A DNA stretch of 64,000 bases from Caulobacter sp. (GCA_040383665.1 JBEIDC010000005.1:353-64352); one strand, 5' to 3'; shown: positions 38,761 through 48,151, numbered from the stretch's first letter. Program-made: numbers and translations. The notes: a model not told the origin generated them from the letters alone.

Positions 38761-40166
38761 AACAGCACCCGCGGGTTCATGATCCGGCCCGGATCCAGCG
38801 CGGCGCGGATGGCGCGCAAGGCCTCGACCTCGACATTCGACTTGTAGCGCAGGGCGTCGGCGGTCTTGGCCGCGCCCAGGCCGTGCTCGGCGCTGATCGA
38901 GCCGTCCATGCTCGCGACAATGTCGTGAACGATCCGGGAGCCGGCGTCGCGACGCTCGTTGTGCGCCTCGTCGTCGCCGCCCTCGGCGCGCAGCACGTCA
39001 TAGTGGACGTTGCCGTCGCCGACATGGCCGAAGGCGACGATCCGCAGGGTCGGGTCGACCTTGAGCACCGCCGCGGTCGCCTTGTCGATGAAGTCGGCGA
39101 TGCGCGAGACCGGGATGGAAACGTCGTGCTTCCAGGCCGCGCCCTCGGCCTTCTGGCCGCCGGACTGGTTCTCGCGCACAGCCCAGAAAGCCTTCGCCTG
39201 CGCTTCTGTCTGCGCGATCGCGGCGTCCTGGATCAGATCGTCCTCCAGCGCGCCGGCCAGCAGCCGTTCCATGGCGCCCTCGGCCGCGCCGGGCTCGCCG
39301 CTGGCGGTCTCGACCAGAACGTACCAGGGATGCTCGCCGGCCAGCGGATCGCGAACGCCGGGGATGTTCTTCACCGCGAAGGCCAGGCCCGGGCGACCCA
39401 TCAGCTCGAAGGCCTCGATGGCCCCGCCGGTGGCGTCCTTGGCCCGGGCCAGCAGCGCCACCGCGTCATGGGGCGTCCGCAGTCCGACGATGGCCGTGGC
39501 GCGGGAGGCCAGCGCCGGGAACAGCTTCAGGCTGGCGGCGGTAATGACCCCCAGCGTGCCCTCGGCCCCGATCAGCAGCTGCTTGAGGTCGTAGCCGGTG
39601 TTGTCCTTCCGCAGGCGCTTCAGCCCGTTCCAGATCTCGCCGTTGGGCAGCACCGCCTCGACCCCCAGCACCAGGTTGCGCGTCGTGCCGTAGCGAAGCA
39701 CCTGCGTCCCGCCGGCGTTGGTCGAGATCACCCCGCCGACGGTGGCCGAGCCCTCGGACGCCAGGCCCAGCGGGAAGCGGCGATTGATGGCGGCGGCGGC
39801 CTCGTGCACGGCGGCCAGGGTCACACCCGCCTCGGCCACGATGACGTCGTCGAAGGCGTCGATGTCGCGGACGGCGTTCAATCGCTCGGTCGACAGCAGG
39901 ATCTCGCCCTGCGGAATCTGACCGCTGACCAGGCCGGTGTTGCCGCCCTGCGGCGTGATGGCGGTCCCCGACTCGGCGCAGATCCCGACCACGGCGGCGA
40001 CCTGCGCCGTTGTCTTCGGCAGCGCCAGCAGCGGCGTCGTCCCGGTCCAGCGGCCGCGCCACTCGACCAGCTTGGGCGCGATGCGGTCGGGGTCCTGGCT
40101 CCAGCCGCCCTCGCCGAGCACGGCCTTGAGGCGGGAGATGACGTCAGCGGGAACAGAAATGGTCAT
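38757..40166 (-). CDS. FAD-binding oxidoreductase (D-2-hydroxyacid dehydrogenase, GlcD-like)
   Basis: PQGGNTGL, STNAGG, GHVGDGNVH, SAEHGLG. Confidence 0.93.
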   Translation of the reverse strand: MTISVPADVISRLKAVLGEGGWSQDPDRIAPKLVEWRGRWTGTTPLLALPKTTAQVAAVVGICAESGTAITPQGGNTGLVSGQIPQGEILLSTERLNAVRDIDAFDDVIVAEAGVTLAAVHEAAAAINRRFPLGLASEGSATVGGVISTNAGGTQVLRYGTTRNLVLGVEAVLPNGEIWNGLKRLRKDNTGYDLKQLLIGAEGTLGVITAASLKLFPALASRATAIVGLRTPHDAVALLARAKDATGGAIEAFELMGRPGLAFAVKNIPGVRDPLAGEHPWYVLVETASGEPGAAEGAMERLLAGALEDDLIQDAAIAQTEAQAKAFWAVRENQSGGQKAEGAAWKHDVSIPVSRIADFIDKATAAVLKVDPTLRIVAFGHVGDGNVHYDVLRAEGGDDEAHNERRDAGSRIVHDIVASMDGSISAEHGLGAAKTADALRYKSNVEVEALRAIRAALDPGRIMNPRVLF

Positions 40167-40200
40167 GGGCGCAGAGCTTACGCTTCTCGGAACGTCCTGA

Positions 40201-40227
40201 CGAGTATATACTCGGGTATATACCGAG
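40201..40227. promoter_or_regulatory. vapBC operator: two GTATATAC palindromes
   Basis: Perfect palindrome cgagtatatactcg at 40201-40214; second GTATATAC at 40216-40223. Confidence 0.7.
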
Positions 40228-40235
40228 GGATCGCC

Positions 40236-40529
40236 ATGGGCATCTTCATCAAGAACCCCGAGACTGAACGCGTCGTGCGCGAACTTGCGGCGGCGCGGGG
40301 CGACACGATCACCGGCGTGATCGACAAGATCGCGCGGGAGGCGCTGGAACGGGAGCAGACCGCCGCGACGGCGCCCCCCCGCCCTCTCCGCAATCTGGCG
40401 CAGATGCGGGCCTCTACCGAGCACTTCCGGCGGATATCCGGGCTCGACAAGCTCCCCAGCGATCCCATCACCAAGGCTGAATGGGATGCGCTGTGGCCGA
40501 CGGGCATTCCGGAGATCGACAACGCATGA
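40236..40529 (+). CDS. vapB: VapB-like antitoxin (Rv0623-like RHH)
   Basis: IKNPETERVVRELAAARG.TIT pattern; ATGA overlap with PIN gene. Confidence 0.85.
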   Translation: MGIFIKNPETERVVRELAAARGDTITGVIDKIAREALEREQTAATAPPRPLRNLAQMRASTEHFRRISGLDKLPSDPITKAEWDALWPTGIPEIDNA

Positions 40530-40921
40530 CCATCGTCGTGGACGCCTCGGCGCTCGTCGCGATGGCCAGGCGGGAGCCCGAAGCCGAAGCCATGGAGCGG
40601 GTCCTCGATGGCGTTCAAGGATGGGCAACGCCCGTCAACATCATGGAAGCGGGGCTGATCCTGGTTCTGAGAGAAAGCCGGTTCAACCAGTCGCAGTTCC
40701 AAGCCTGGGTCGCTGATCAGAACGTCGTCGAGACGCACACCGTCACCTCCGCTCATGCCCTCGCCGCCTACCTGCAGTACGGCAAGGGCGTCCACCGCGC
40801 GGGCCTGAGCATGGGCGACTGCTACGCCTATGCCCTCGCCAGGCAGATGGGGGCGCCGCTGCTCTACAAGGGGAAAGACTTCGTCCTCACCGATGTGAAG
40901 TCTGCGCTTCAGCCCACGTAG
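40526..40921 (+). CDS. vapC: VapC PIN-domain toxin
   Basis: IVVDASAL, LSMGDCYAYALA, LLYKGKDF. Confidence 0.92.
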   Translation: MTIVVDASALVAMARREPEAEAMERVLDGVQGWATPVNIMEAGLILVLRESRFNQSQFQAWVADQNVVETHTVTSAHALAAYLQYGKGVHRAGLSMGDCYAYALARQMGAPLLYKGKDFVLTDVKSALQPT

Positions 40922-41883
40922 CCGGCGGCGCGGCGCAGGCGGTCGTTGATGGCTTCGCCGAGGCCTTCGTCGGGAATGGAGGCCACGACGATGGCCGAGG
41001 GCTTCGTCCGATCCGCCGCCCGCAGCATGGCGAACAGGTTGGCCGCCGCCTCGGCGAGGTCGCGCGAGGGGCTGAGGTTGAAGGGGCTGTCGCTGGGCCC
41101 GAAGGCGAGGAAGGCCTCGCCTGCCGCCGCACCCGAACCGTTGATCCGAACGGGCGCGTCCGGGGCGTAATGCGCCGCCAGTCGGCCGGGCGAGCGCTTG
41201 GCGTCGCCCTCGGCTTCGGCCAGCGATCCGATGACCGCCTCGACCTGCCGGCGGGTCACCGAGCCGGGTCTGAGCAGTCGCGCCGGCTCGCCGGGCAGCA
41301 GGGCCACCACTGTCGACTCCAGGCCCACGCGGCACGGCCCGCCGTCCAGGGCCGCCGAGGCGGCCGGACCGGTCTCCTCCACGGCGTCGGCGAAGGTCGT
41401 CGGGCTCGGGCGGCCCGAGCGGTTGGCCGAGGGCGCGACCACCGGCCCGCCGAAGGCTTTCAGCAAGGCGCGCGAAACCGGATGACCGGGCACGCGCACC
41501 GCCACGGTGTCCAGCCCGGCCCGCGCCAGGTCACAGACGGCCGCAGCGTCAGACACCGGCGCCACGATCGTCAGCGGACCCGGCCAGAAGGCCGCCGCCA
41601 GCGCCAGCGCCCGGTCGTCCAGCAAGGCGATCCGTCGCGCGCCATCGACGTCGGCGACATGGGCGATCAGCGGGTTGAAGCTCGGCCGGCCCTTCGCCGC
41701 GTAGACGGCGGCCACGGCCAGCGGATTCGCCGCGTCTGCGGCGAGCCCGTACACGGTCTCGGTCGGCAGGATCACCAGGCCGCCGGCGCGCAGCGCCCCA
41801 ACTGCGCGGACTATTTCGCCCGCTTCGCCGTCAGGCTGATGTTGACGGTCACCGTTCCCGGCACGACCTCTGTCGTCTTCCAA
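40909..41883 (-). CDS. tsaC: Threonylcarbamoyl-AMP synthase Sua5/TsaC (start uncertain)
   Basis: PTETVYGL, KGRPSFNPLI, APSANRSG, Sua5 C-terminal domain. Confidence 0.93.
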   Translation of the reverse strand: MEDDRGRAGNGDRQHQPDGEAGEIVRAVGALRAGGLVILPTETVYGLAADAANPLAVAAVYAAKGRPSFNPLIAHVADVDGARRIALLDDRALALAAAFWPGPLTIVAPVSDAAAVCDLARAGLDTVAVRVPGHPVSRALLKAFGGPVVAPSANRSGRPSPTTFADAVEETGPAASAALDGGPCRVGLESTVVALLPGEPARLLRPGSVTRRQVEAVIGSLAEAEGDAKRSPGRLAAHYAPDAPVRINGSGAAAGEAFLAFGPSDSPFNLSPSRDLAEAAANLFAMLRAADRTKPSAIVVASIPDEGLGEAINDRLRRAAGYVG

Positions 41884-42377
41884 TCGCCCTGTCCCACGCC
41901 GAAGGCCAGACGGTTCAGACCCACGCTGGAGGTCATCTTCGCCGTGTCGCCGGTGATGACGAGGCTGAAGGGCAGGGTCAACGGCTTCGTGACCCCACGC
42001 ATCGTCAGGGTCCCGATCGCCTGGTACCTGCCGCCGCCCAGCGCCTTGAAGCCGGCGGCGGTGAAGGTGGCCTTCGGGAAGGCCTTCGCGCTGAACCAGT
42101 CGGGCTCCAGCAGCGACTGGTCGCGGGTCGCCTCGCCGGTGACGGCGGAGGCCATGTCGAAGGTCGCCGTTACGGACGAGCCGGCCAGGTTGGCCGGGTC
42201 GAAGCGGATGGCCGCGTCCCAGCGCCGGAACGATCCGGTAAAGGCTCCGCCGTCGAAGCTGGACGCGAAGGCCACCTTCGAGGCTGCCTTGTCGACCGTC
42301 CAGACCGGGGCCGGAGCGGCCCAGGCGGGCGCGGAGACAGCGAAGGCCAGGGCGAGGGCGGGGAGAAAGGGCTTCAC
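41811..42377 (-). CDS. YceI-family protein
   Basis: Signal peptide; GTLTMRGVTKP. Confidence 0.9.
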   Translation of the reverse strand: MKPFLPALALAFAVSAPAWAAPAPVWTVDKAASKVAFASSFDGGAFTGSFRRWDAAIRFDPANLAGSSVTATFDMASAVTGEATRDQSLLEPDWFSAKAFPKATFTAAGFKALGGGRYQAIGTLTMRGVTKPLTLPFSLVITGDTAKMTSSVGLNRLAFGVGQGDWKTTEVVPGTVTVNISLTAKRAK

Positions 42378-42958
42378 GCGGCGTCCTTGCGGGCCAGGAA
42401 CGGGATCATCCGGGCCAGGTTGTTGTCCTTGTCGATGAACTGGTGCTTGAGCGCTCCCAGCACATGCAGCGGGACCAGGCCATAGATGATCACCTTGGCC
42501 ATCAGGTGGTGCGCCTCCGCGAGCAGGTCGTGGGTGGGCTTCATCTGGTCGGCGGGCAGGTTCGTCAGGAACGAGAGGGCCGGCCAGTTGAACAGGCCGA
42601 ACATGTCGATCGGATAGGCGGTGATCAGCTTGCTGGCGGACACCATGGCCCAGCCGGTGAGCGGCAGCGCCAGCAGGATGACGTAGAAGCCCCAGTGCGC
42701 GACGGTCGCCAGTTTCCGCTCCCAGGGTTTCAGGTGCGGGCTGATCGTCGGCGGCCGGTGGGCCAGCCGCCAGGCCAGCCGGCCCAGGGTCAACAGCAGG
42801 ACGAGAATGCCGAGCGGCTTGTGCAGCTGCAGCGGCGCGACCTTGGCCGCGCCCTGCACGTCACTGGCCTCCCAGCCGAGCAGGACGATCCAGACGAGCA
42901 GCCCGGCGATCAGCCAGTGCAGCACGATGGCGACGGTGGAATAGCGGGCCTGGGTCAT
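42374..42958 (-). CDS. Cytochrome b561 (YceJ-like)
   Basis: LHW, LHKPLG, AHWGFY, LHVLGALKH. Confidence 0.92.
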   Translation of the reverse strand: MTQARYSTVAIVLHWLIAGLLVWIVLLGWEASDVQGAAKVAPLQLHKPLGILVLLLTLGRLAWRLAHRPPTISPHLKPWERKLATVAHWGFYVILLALPLTGWAMVSASKLITAYPIDMFGLFNWPALSFLTNLPADQMKPTHDLLAEAHHLMAKVIIYGLVPLHVLGALKHQFIDKDNNLARMIPFLARKDAA

Positions 42959-42980
42959 GATCGCTCCGGAAATGCCTGCG

Positions 42981-43586
42981 CTAACTCTTCACGAACTCGA
43001 GCTCCAGGATCAACTCCACTTCGTCGCCGACGAAGCCGAGCGGCGGCCGGAGCAGATAATCGATACCGAAGTCCGACCGTTTGAACACGCCCCTCGCTGA
43101 AAAGCCCGACCGCCGCCCGAAGATCCCCGAGTCATAGCCGTTCCAGGTGACGTCGAAGGTCACCGGGCGCGTCACGCCGTGCAGGGTCAGGTCGCCGGTC
43201 ATTGTCCCCTTGCCGCCCTCTCCGGTCTGGATGGAGGTCGAGACGAACCGGGCGGTGGGAAAGCGCTCCACCTCCAGAAAGCGTTCGGCCATCGCGGCGT
43301 CGGCCTTGCCCAGCCCTGAGTCGAACGAGGCTGGATCGACGGTCGCCTCGACCTGGGCGGTCCGCGGCGAGGCGGGGTCCCAGCTGTAGCGGGCCTCGGT
43401 GATGCGGAAGCGGATCGTATAGGCAGAGAAACCGCCGTGGCTGACCCGGGCGATCAGGCTGGCGTGCTGCGGGTCGAGGACATAGGTCCCGGCCGGCATC
43501 TTCGCGGGATCGATGGACGGCGCGGCCGAGGCGACCGGCGCGCACAGCAGGACCAGACCCAGGGCGATGGCGATTGGTCGGAACAT
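42981..43586 (-). CDS. YceI-family protein, second
   Basis: LDPQHAS, FPTARF, GDLTLHGVTRPV, RSDFG. Confidence 0.9.
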   Translation of the reverse strand: MFRPIAIALGLVLLCAPVASAAPSIDPAKMPAGTYVLDPQHASLIARVSHGGFSAYTIRFRITEARYSWDPASPRTAQVEATVDPASFDSGLGKADAAMAERFLEVERFPTARFVSTSIQTGEGGKGTMTGDLTLHGVTRPVTFDVTWNGYDSGIFGRRSGFSARGVFKRSDFGIDYLLRPPLGFVGDEVELILELEFVKS

Positions 43587-43685
43587 TGGCTCTGGAATCC
43601 TGACTGCTGTGAACGAGATAGGCCTTTCGGGACGCAACGGAAGGGCGGGGCCTTCACGACCCGGTGACCCGGGGCGCGGGGGCGC

Positions 43686-43918
43686 GGGGACAGCTCAAGG
43701 TGTTCCAAGGGACATCTTGACCTGTCCCCGCTCGAGCCCCCGTGCGTCCTTCGACACGCCCGCTGCTCGGGCTGCTCAGGATGACGTAGATCGAGGGCTA
43801 CCCACCCAGGTCATGCTGAGCGGCGACCGCAGGTCGCGTGGCGAAGCACGCAAGGCAAAAGGGCCGGCGTTTCCACCGGCCCCTTCTATCGCGGACAGGC
43901 ACTGAAGTGCATGTCCCC
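43686..43918. repeat. Composite palindrome cluster: GGGACA hairpin, family B REP doublet, terminator, GGGACA unit
   Basis: 43686-43729 IR; 43744-43851 homologous to 26145-26259; 43893-43918 matches the reverse complement of 24860-24885 with one mismatch. Confidence 0.8.
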
Positions 43919-43925
43919 GTCAGTC

Positions 43926-44408
43926 CTACAGCTGCGCCAGCATGTAGTCGGCCGAGCTCACCTTGAACTCGCCGCCGGCCTCGACGTTCAGCGTCTCGAC
44001 GACGCCGTTCTTGACGATCATCGAGTAGCGCTGGCTGCGCAGGCCCATTCCGAACTTGCTGCCGTCCATCTCCAGGCCCAGGGCCTTGGTGAAGTCGCCG
44101 TTGCCGTCGGCCAGCATGACGATGTCCTCGCCCACGCCCTGGTCGGCGCCCCATGCCTTCATCACGAACACGTCGTTGACCGACACGCAGGCGATGGAAT
44201 CGACGCCCTTGGCCTTCAGGTCGGCGGCGTGCTCCTTGAAGCCCGGCAGGTGCTTGGCCGAGCAGGTCGGGGTGAAGGCGCCCGGCACGGCGACCAGGGC
44301 CACGGTCTTGCCCGCGAACAGCTCATCGCTGGTGATCGGGCGCGGACCTTCGCTGCTGCTGGTCATGAAAACGGCGTCGGGCAGTTTGTCGCCGGCCTTG
44401 ATGGTCAT
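43926..44408 (-). CDS. Peroxiredoxin (Prx5/type II)
   Basis: VPGAFTPTCS, VNDVFVM, RSQRYSM. Confidence 0.95.
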   Translation of the reverse strand: MTIKAGDKLPDAVFMTSSSEGPRPITSDELFAGKTVALVAVPGAFTPTCSAKHLPGFKEHAADLKAKGVDSIACVSVNDVFVMKAWGADQGVGEDIVMLADGNGDFTKALGLEMDGSKFGMGLRSQRYSMIVKNGVVETLNVEAGGEFKVSSADYMLAQL

Positions 44409-44518
44409 CTGATCTCTCCCTTTGGGTTTTACCCGCTCGCCGACCGAAATAGAGGCAGACCGTCGTTCCGCCAAGCGCGCGACTTGAATTGGCCCACAAC
44501 GGCGCCAATCATCAGGAC

Positions 44519-45097
44519 ATGAACCAGCCAGCGGATACCGAGTTCCTCTCCGGCCGCCTGCTGATCGCGATGCCCGGCATCGGCGATCCGCGTTTCGAGC
44601 GGTCCGTCGTCTTCCTGTGCGCCCACGACGAGGAGCACGCCATCGGCCTGGCCATAAACCGCCCGCTCGACGGCCTGACCCTGGAGTCGCTGTTCGAGAA
44701 GATCGGCGTCGACCGCCCGATTCGCCGCGTCGCCGACGAGGCGGTTCTGATGGGCGGCCCCGTCGAGCGCGAGCGCGGTTTCGTGCTGCACACCGACGAC
44801 TACCTCTGTGACGGAGTCAGCATGCCGGTGAAGGACGGCCTGGCCCTGACCACGACCAAGGACGTGCTGCAGGCCCTGACCGGCGAGGCGGCCCCGCGTC
44901 GGGCTTTCCTGGCGCTCGGTTACGCCGGCTGGGGCCCGGGCCAGCTGGAGCGAGAGGTTCGCGAGAGCGCCTGGCTGGTCTGCGACGCCGACGAGACCCT
45001 GCTGTTCGGCGATGATCACGACCACAAATGGGCCCACGCTCTCGAGAAGCTGGGCATCAGCCCGGCCATGCTGTCGATGGAGGGCGGCCGGGCCTGA
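44519..45097 (+). CDS. YqgE/AlgH family protein
   Basis: LLIAMP...DPRFERSV, GGPVE, LGYAGW..GQLE. Confidence 0.95.
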   Translation: MNQPADTEFLSGRLLIAMPGIGDPRFERSVVFLCAHDEEHAIGLAINRPLDGLTLESLFEKIGVDRPIRRVADEAVLMGGPVERERGFVLHTDDYLCDGVSMPVKDGLALTTTKDVLQALTGEAAPRRAFLALGYAGWGPGQLEREVRESAWLVCDADETLLFGDDHDHKWAHALEKLGISPAMLSMEGGRA

Positions 45098-45124
45098 TTT
45101 GGCGCACAACGCTTGCCATGTTAG

Positions 45125-45144
45125 CTTAGCCAGGCTTGGCTAAG
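45125..45144. promoter_or_regulatory. phd-vapC operator inverted repeat
   Basis: CTTAGCCA-ggct-TGGCTAAG immediately before RBS aggagg. Confidence 0.7.
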
Positions 45145-45153
45145 GAGGCCGCG

Positions 45154-45396
45154 ATGCGCACGGTCAACATGCTCGACGCCAAGACCAACCTCTCGCGGTT
45201 GGTCGAGGCGGTGGAAAGCGGCGACGAATCCGAAATCCTGATCGCCCGCAACGGCAAGCCGGTCGCCCGGCTGACGGCGGTGAAGCTGGATGTGAGCAAG
45301 CGGATCGGCGTCGCCAAGGGCGAGTTTGAGGTTCCGGACGACATCGATCTCTACAACGACGAGATCGCCGAGCTGTTCGGCGCCGGCCACGAATGA
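45154..45396 (+). CDS. Phd/YefM antitoxin
   Basis: AKTNLSRLV...IARNGKPVARL. Confidence 0.9.
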   Translation: MRTVNMLDAKTNLSRLVEAVESGDESEILIARNGKPVARLTAVKLDVSKRIGVAKGEFEVPDDIDLYNDEIAELFGAGHE

Positions 45397-45788
45397 ATCT
45401 GCTGCTCGACACCCACATCGCGCTGTGGGCGGTCACCGATGACGCGCGACTGCCGACGAGGGCCAGGGACCTGATTGTAGATCCTGGCAACAATGTCTGG
45501 GTCAGTGCTGCCTCGGTTTGGGAGATCGCCATCAAGCACGCCAAGACCGCCGGCCGCCCGGGCGGGCGGAAGGTGTCGGCGCCGCAAGCGCTGAGCGCGT
45601 TCGAGGACGCCGGGTACGGCATTCTGCCAATCCAGGGACCCGAGGCGGCGACCGCCGGCGCCCTGCCGCCGCATCATCTGGATCCGTTCGACCGGATGCT
45701 GGTTGCGCAGGCTCTGACGACGCCCCTGCGTCTTGTCACCGCCGACGGTATCCTCGGCCGTTACAGCGACACCGTGATCGTGGTCTGA
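45393..45788 (+). CDS. vapC: VapC PIN-domain toxin
   Basis: LLLDTH, SAASVWEIAIK, HHLDPFDRMLVAQA. Confidence 0.92.
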   Translation: MNLLLDTHIALWAVTDDARLPTRARDLIVDPGNNVWVSAASVWEIAIKHAKTAGRPGGRKVSAPQALSAFEDAGYGILPIQGPEAATAGALPPHHLDPFDRMLVAQALTTPLRLVTADGILGRYSDTVIVV

Positions 45789-45793
45789 GGGTT

Positions 45794-47458
45794 CTAGCCC
45801 TGACGCCGCACCGGCGCGGCGCCGTCGACGTAGCTTTCGTTGAGGTAGATCTCGGCTTCCTGCGGCGACAGGGCGGGCGCATAGCCGAAACCCTGGCCGT
45901 AGTCGCAGCCCAGCTCCATCAGCTGGCGGGCCATGATGGCGTTCTCGACGCCCTCGGCGACAACCTCGAGGTTGAGGTCCTGGCCCAGCTTGACCACCGA
46001 GCTGACGATCTTCACCGAGCCCTCGTTGGTGCTCATGGTCCGTACGAAGTAGCGGTCGATCTTCAGGGTGTCGAAGGGCAGGCGGGTCAGGTAGCTGAGC
46101 GAGGAGAAGCCGGTGCCGAAATCGTCCAGCGCCAGGCCCGCCCCGCCGGCCCGTAGCGCGCGCAGCACGGTGGCCGCGCCCTCCGGGTCGCGCATGATGT
46201 CGCTCTCGGTGATCTCCAGCTTCAGCGAGCCGTGCGGCAGCCGGTGCTTGGCGATCAGGCCGGTGACGTCGTCGATCAGGCCCGGCCTGTGGATTTCTCC
46301 GGTCGACAGGTTGACGCTGACGGTCAGGTCGCCGACCGCCGCGTGGCTGGTCCGCCAGGCCGCCAGCTGGCGGGCCGAGGTGCGGATCATGTGGGCGCCG
46401 ATCTCGTCCATCAGCCCCAGTTCCACGGCCAGCGGCAGGAACTCGTCGGGCGGGATGATGCCCCGGCGCGGGTGGCGCCAGCGGCACAGGGCCTCGAAGC
46501 CGGTCAGCTTGCCGTCGGCCAGTCGGACGATCGGCTGGTAGAAGGGCGTCATCTCGCCACGTCCTACCGCCCCGCGCAGATCGGCCTCCAGGGCAAGTTG
46601 CGAGAGGCCGTCGCTCTCCATGGACCGGCCATAGGCGGCCCCGCCGCCCAAGCCGCCGGCCTTGGCCGCCTCGACGGCCAGCTCGGCGCGACGCAGCAGT
46701 TCGGCGGCCTCAGGGGCGTCCTGGCCGCCGTCGGCCTCCACGGCGCCGATGGCCAGGGTCGGCAGGATGTCGAATCCGGCCACGCGCAGCGGCTGCTCCA
46801 GCGCCCGGCGCAGGCGCTCGACCGGGTCGTGGTCGCCCGAGACCATGACGGCGAACTCGTCCTCGCCGACCCGGGCCAGCAGGGCGTCGCCGCCGAACGC
46901 CGCCGCCAGGCGCGAGCCGAGCGCGGCCAGCACCAGGTCGGCCCGCTCATGGCCCAGGGCCTCGTTCAGGCGGCGCAGGCGGTCCAGGTCAGCCACTACC
47001 AGGGTTTGGCGCAGCGGCTCGGCCAGCCGCTCCCGCGCCCTGACGACGAAGCTCCTGCGATCCAGCAGGCCGGTCAGCTGGTCGATCTCGGAGGCGGCGA
47101 AGCGGGTTTCGGGAGCCACGACGCCGGAGGCGCGCACGCCCTCCTCGAGCCACACGCCGCGCCACAGGCAGGTCTCGCCGCCGCGCATCTTGATGCGCAG
47201 GGTGACCTCTGTCCCGGGGTCGTGAATGCGGAGCAGTTCCTCGGCGGCCGCGCGATCAGCCGGCAGGGCCAGGGCGCGGAAGGCGGCGGACGAGCATTCG
47301 GGGGCGAGGGGGCCGAGGCCAAGCTGACGCGCGGCGCCGAACAGGCGCAGGCTGTCCTCCGCCGGCTCCCATACCCAGAGCGCCACCTGCGCGCCGCCGA
47401 GCGCCTCGAGCGTCGTCGCGGCGTCCCAGATGCGTCGATCCTGCCCCTGCGGACGCAT
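45794..47458 (-). CDS. pdeA: PAS-GGDEF(GEDEF)-EAL c-di-GMP phosphodiesterase PdeA
   Basis: Degenerate GEDEF, intact EAL and DDFGTG motifs; yqgE/thrC/cox neighbourhood as in Caulobacter. Confidence 0.85.
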   Translation of the reverse strand: MRPQGQDRRIWDAATTLEALGGAQVALWVWEPAEDSLRLFGAARQLGLGPLAPECSSAAFRALALPADRAAAEELLRIHDPGTEVTLRIKMRGGETCLWRGVWLEEGVRASGVVAPETRFAASEIDQLTGLLDRRSFVVRARERLAEPLRQTLVVADLDRLRRLNEALGHERADLVLAALGSRLAAAFGGDALLARVGEDEFAVMVSGDHDPVERLRRALEQPLRVAGFDILPTLAIGAVEADGGQDAPEAAELLRRAELAVEAAKAGGLGGGAAYGRSMESDGLSQLALEADLRGAVGRGEMTPFYQPIVRLADGKLTGFEALCRWRHPRRGIIPPDEFLPLAVELGLMDEIGAHMIRTSARQLAAWRTSHAAVGDLTVSVNLSTGEIHRPGLIDDVTGLIAKHRLPHGSLKLEITESDIMRDPEGAATVLRALRAGGAGLALDDFGTGFSSLSYLTRLPFDTLKIDRYFVRTMSTNEGSVKIVSSVVKLGQDLNLEVVAEGVENAIMARQLMELGCDYGQGFGYAPALSPQEAEIYLNESYVDGAAPVRRQG

Positions 47459-47463
47459 GCCGA

Positions 47464-48075
47464 CTAGCCTGTAAGGCCCTCCCGGGGGCGGCCACGCGAG
47501 GGGTCCCGCGTCACCAGCCCGAACAGCCGATGGTCTCGCCAATCGCCGTTAATTTTCAGATAAGCCTTGGCGTAGCCTTCCTCGGTGAAGCCGGCCTTCA
47601 GCAGCAGGTTGGCCGAAGCGTCATTGCCGGGGAGGCAGGCCGCCTCCAGCCGGTGCAGGCCCAGCGGACCGAAGGCGTGCGGGATGACGACGCGCAGCGA
47701 CGCCAGGGTGTGGCCCTTGCGGGCGTGGGCCTGGGCCGACCAGTAGCCGACCGTGCCGGTCTGGGCGACGCCGCGCCGGACGTTGTTGATGGTGATGCCG
47801 CCGGTCAGGGCGTCGTCGACCTGGCGGAAGACGAAGAAGGCGTACATCTGGTCCAGCTCGCGACCCCGGCGCCAGGCCGAAAGCCTGCGGTGATAGGCGT
47901 TGAGGGTCAGCTCGTCGGGCGACCAGGTCGGCTCCCACGGCTGCAGGAACCCCCGCGACGCCTGCCGAAGCGCCGCCCACTCGGCATAGTCCCGCCGCCG
48001 TGGCGGACGCAGGGTGACGCCCTGGCCCTGCAGCGTCAGCGACGGCTCCGCGGAGATCCATTCGAGCAGCGACAT
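47464..48075 (-). CDS. RimJ-like GNAT acetyltransferase
   Basis: FLQPWEP, LHRLEAACLPGN, EEGYAKAYLKING. Confidence 0.9.
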   Translation of the reverse strand: MSLLEWISAEPSLTLQGQGVTLRPPRRRDYAEWAALRQASRGFLQPWEPTWSPDELTLNAYHRRLSAWRRGRELDQMYAFFVFRQVDDALTGGITINNVRRGVAQTGTVGYWSAQAHARKGHTLASLRVVIPHAFGPLGLHRLEAACLPGNDASANLLLKAGFTEEGYAKAYLKINGDWRDHRLFGLVTRDPSRGRPREGLTG

Positions 48076-48151
48076 GGGTGGAGGGTGGCGTGGGTCGCGA
48101 AGCGGGGCAAGGGGATGGGGCGACGCAGCCTTGACCTGCGGGGCGGCCCCC

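Noticed and set aside
44483-44512. RpoH promoter for yqgE
   Set aside because: CTTGAA is present but the -10 element does not fit
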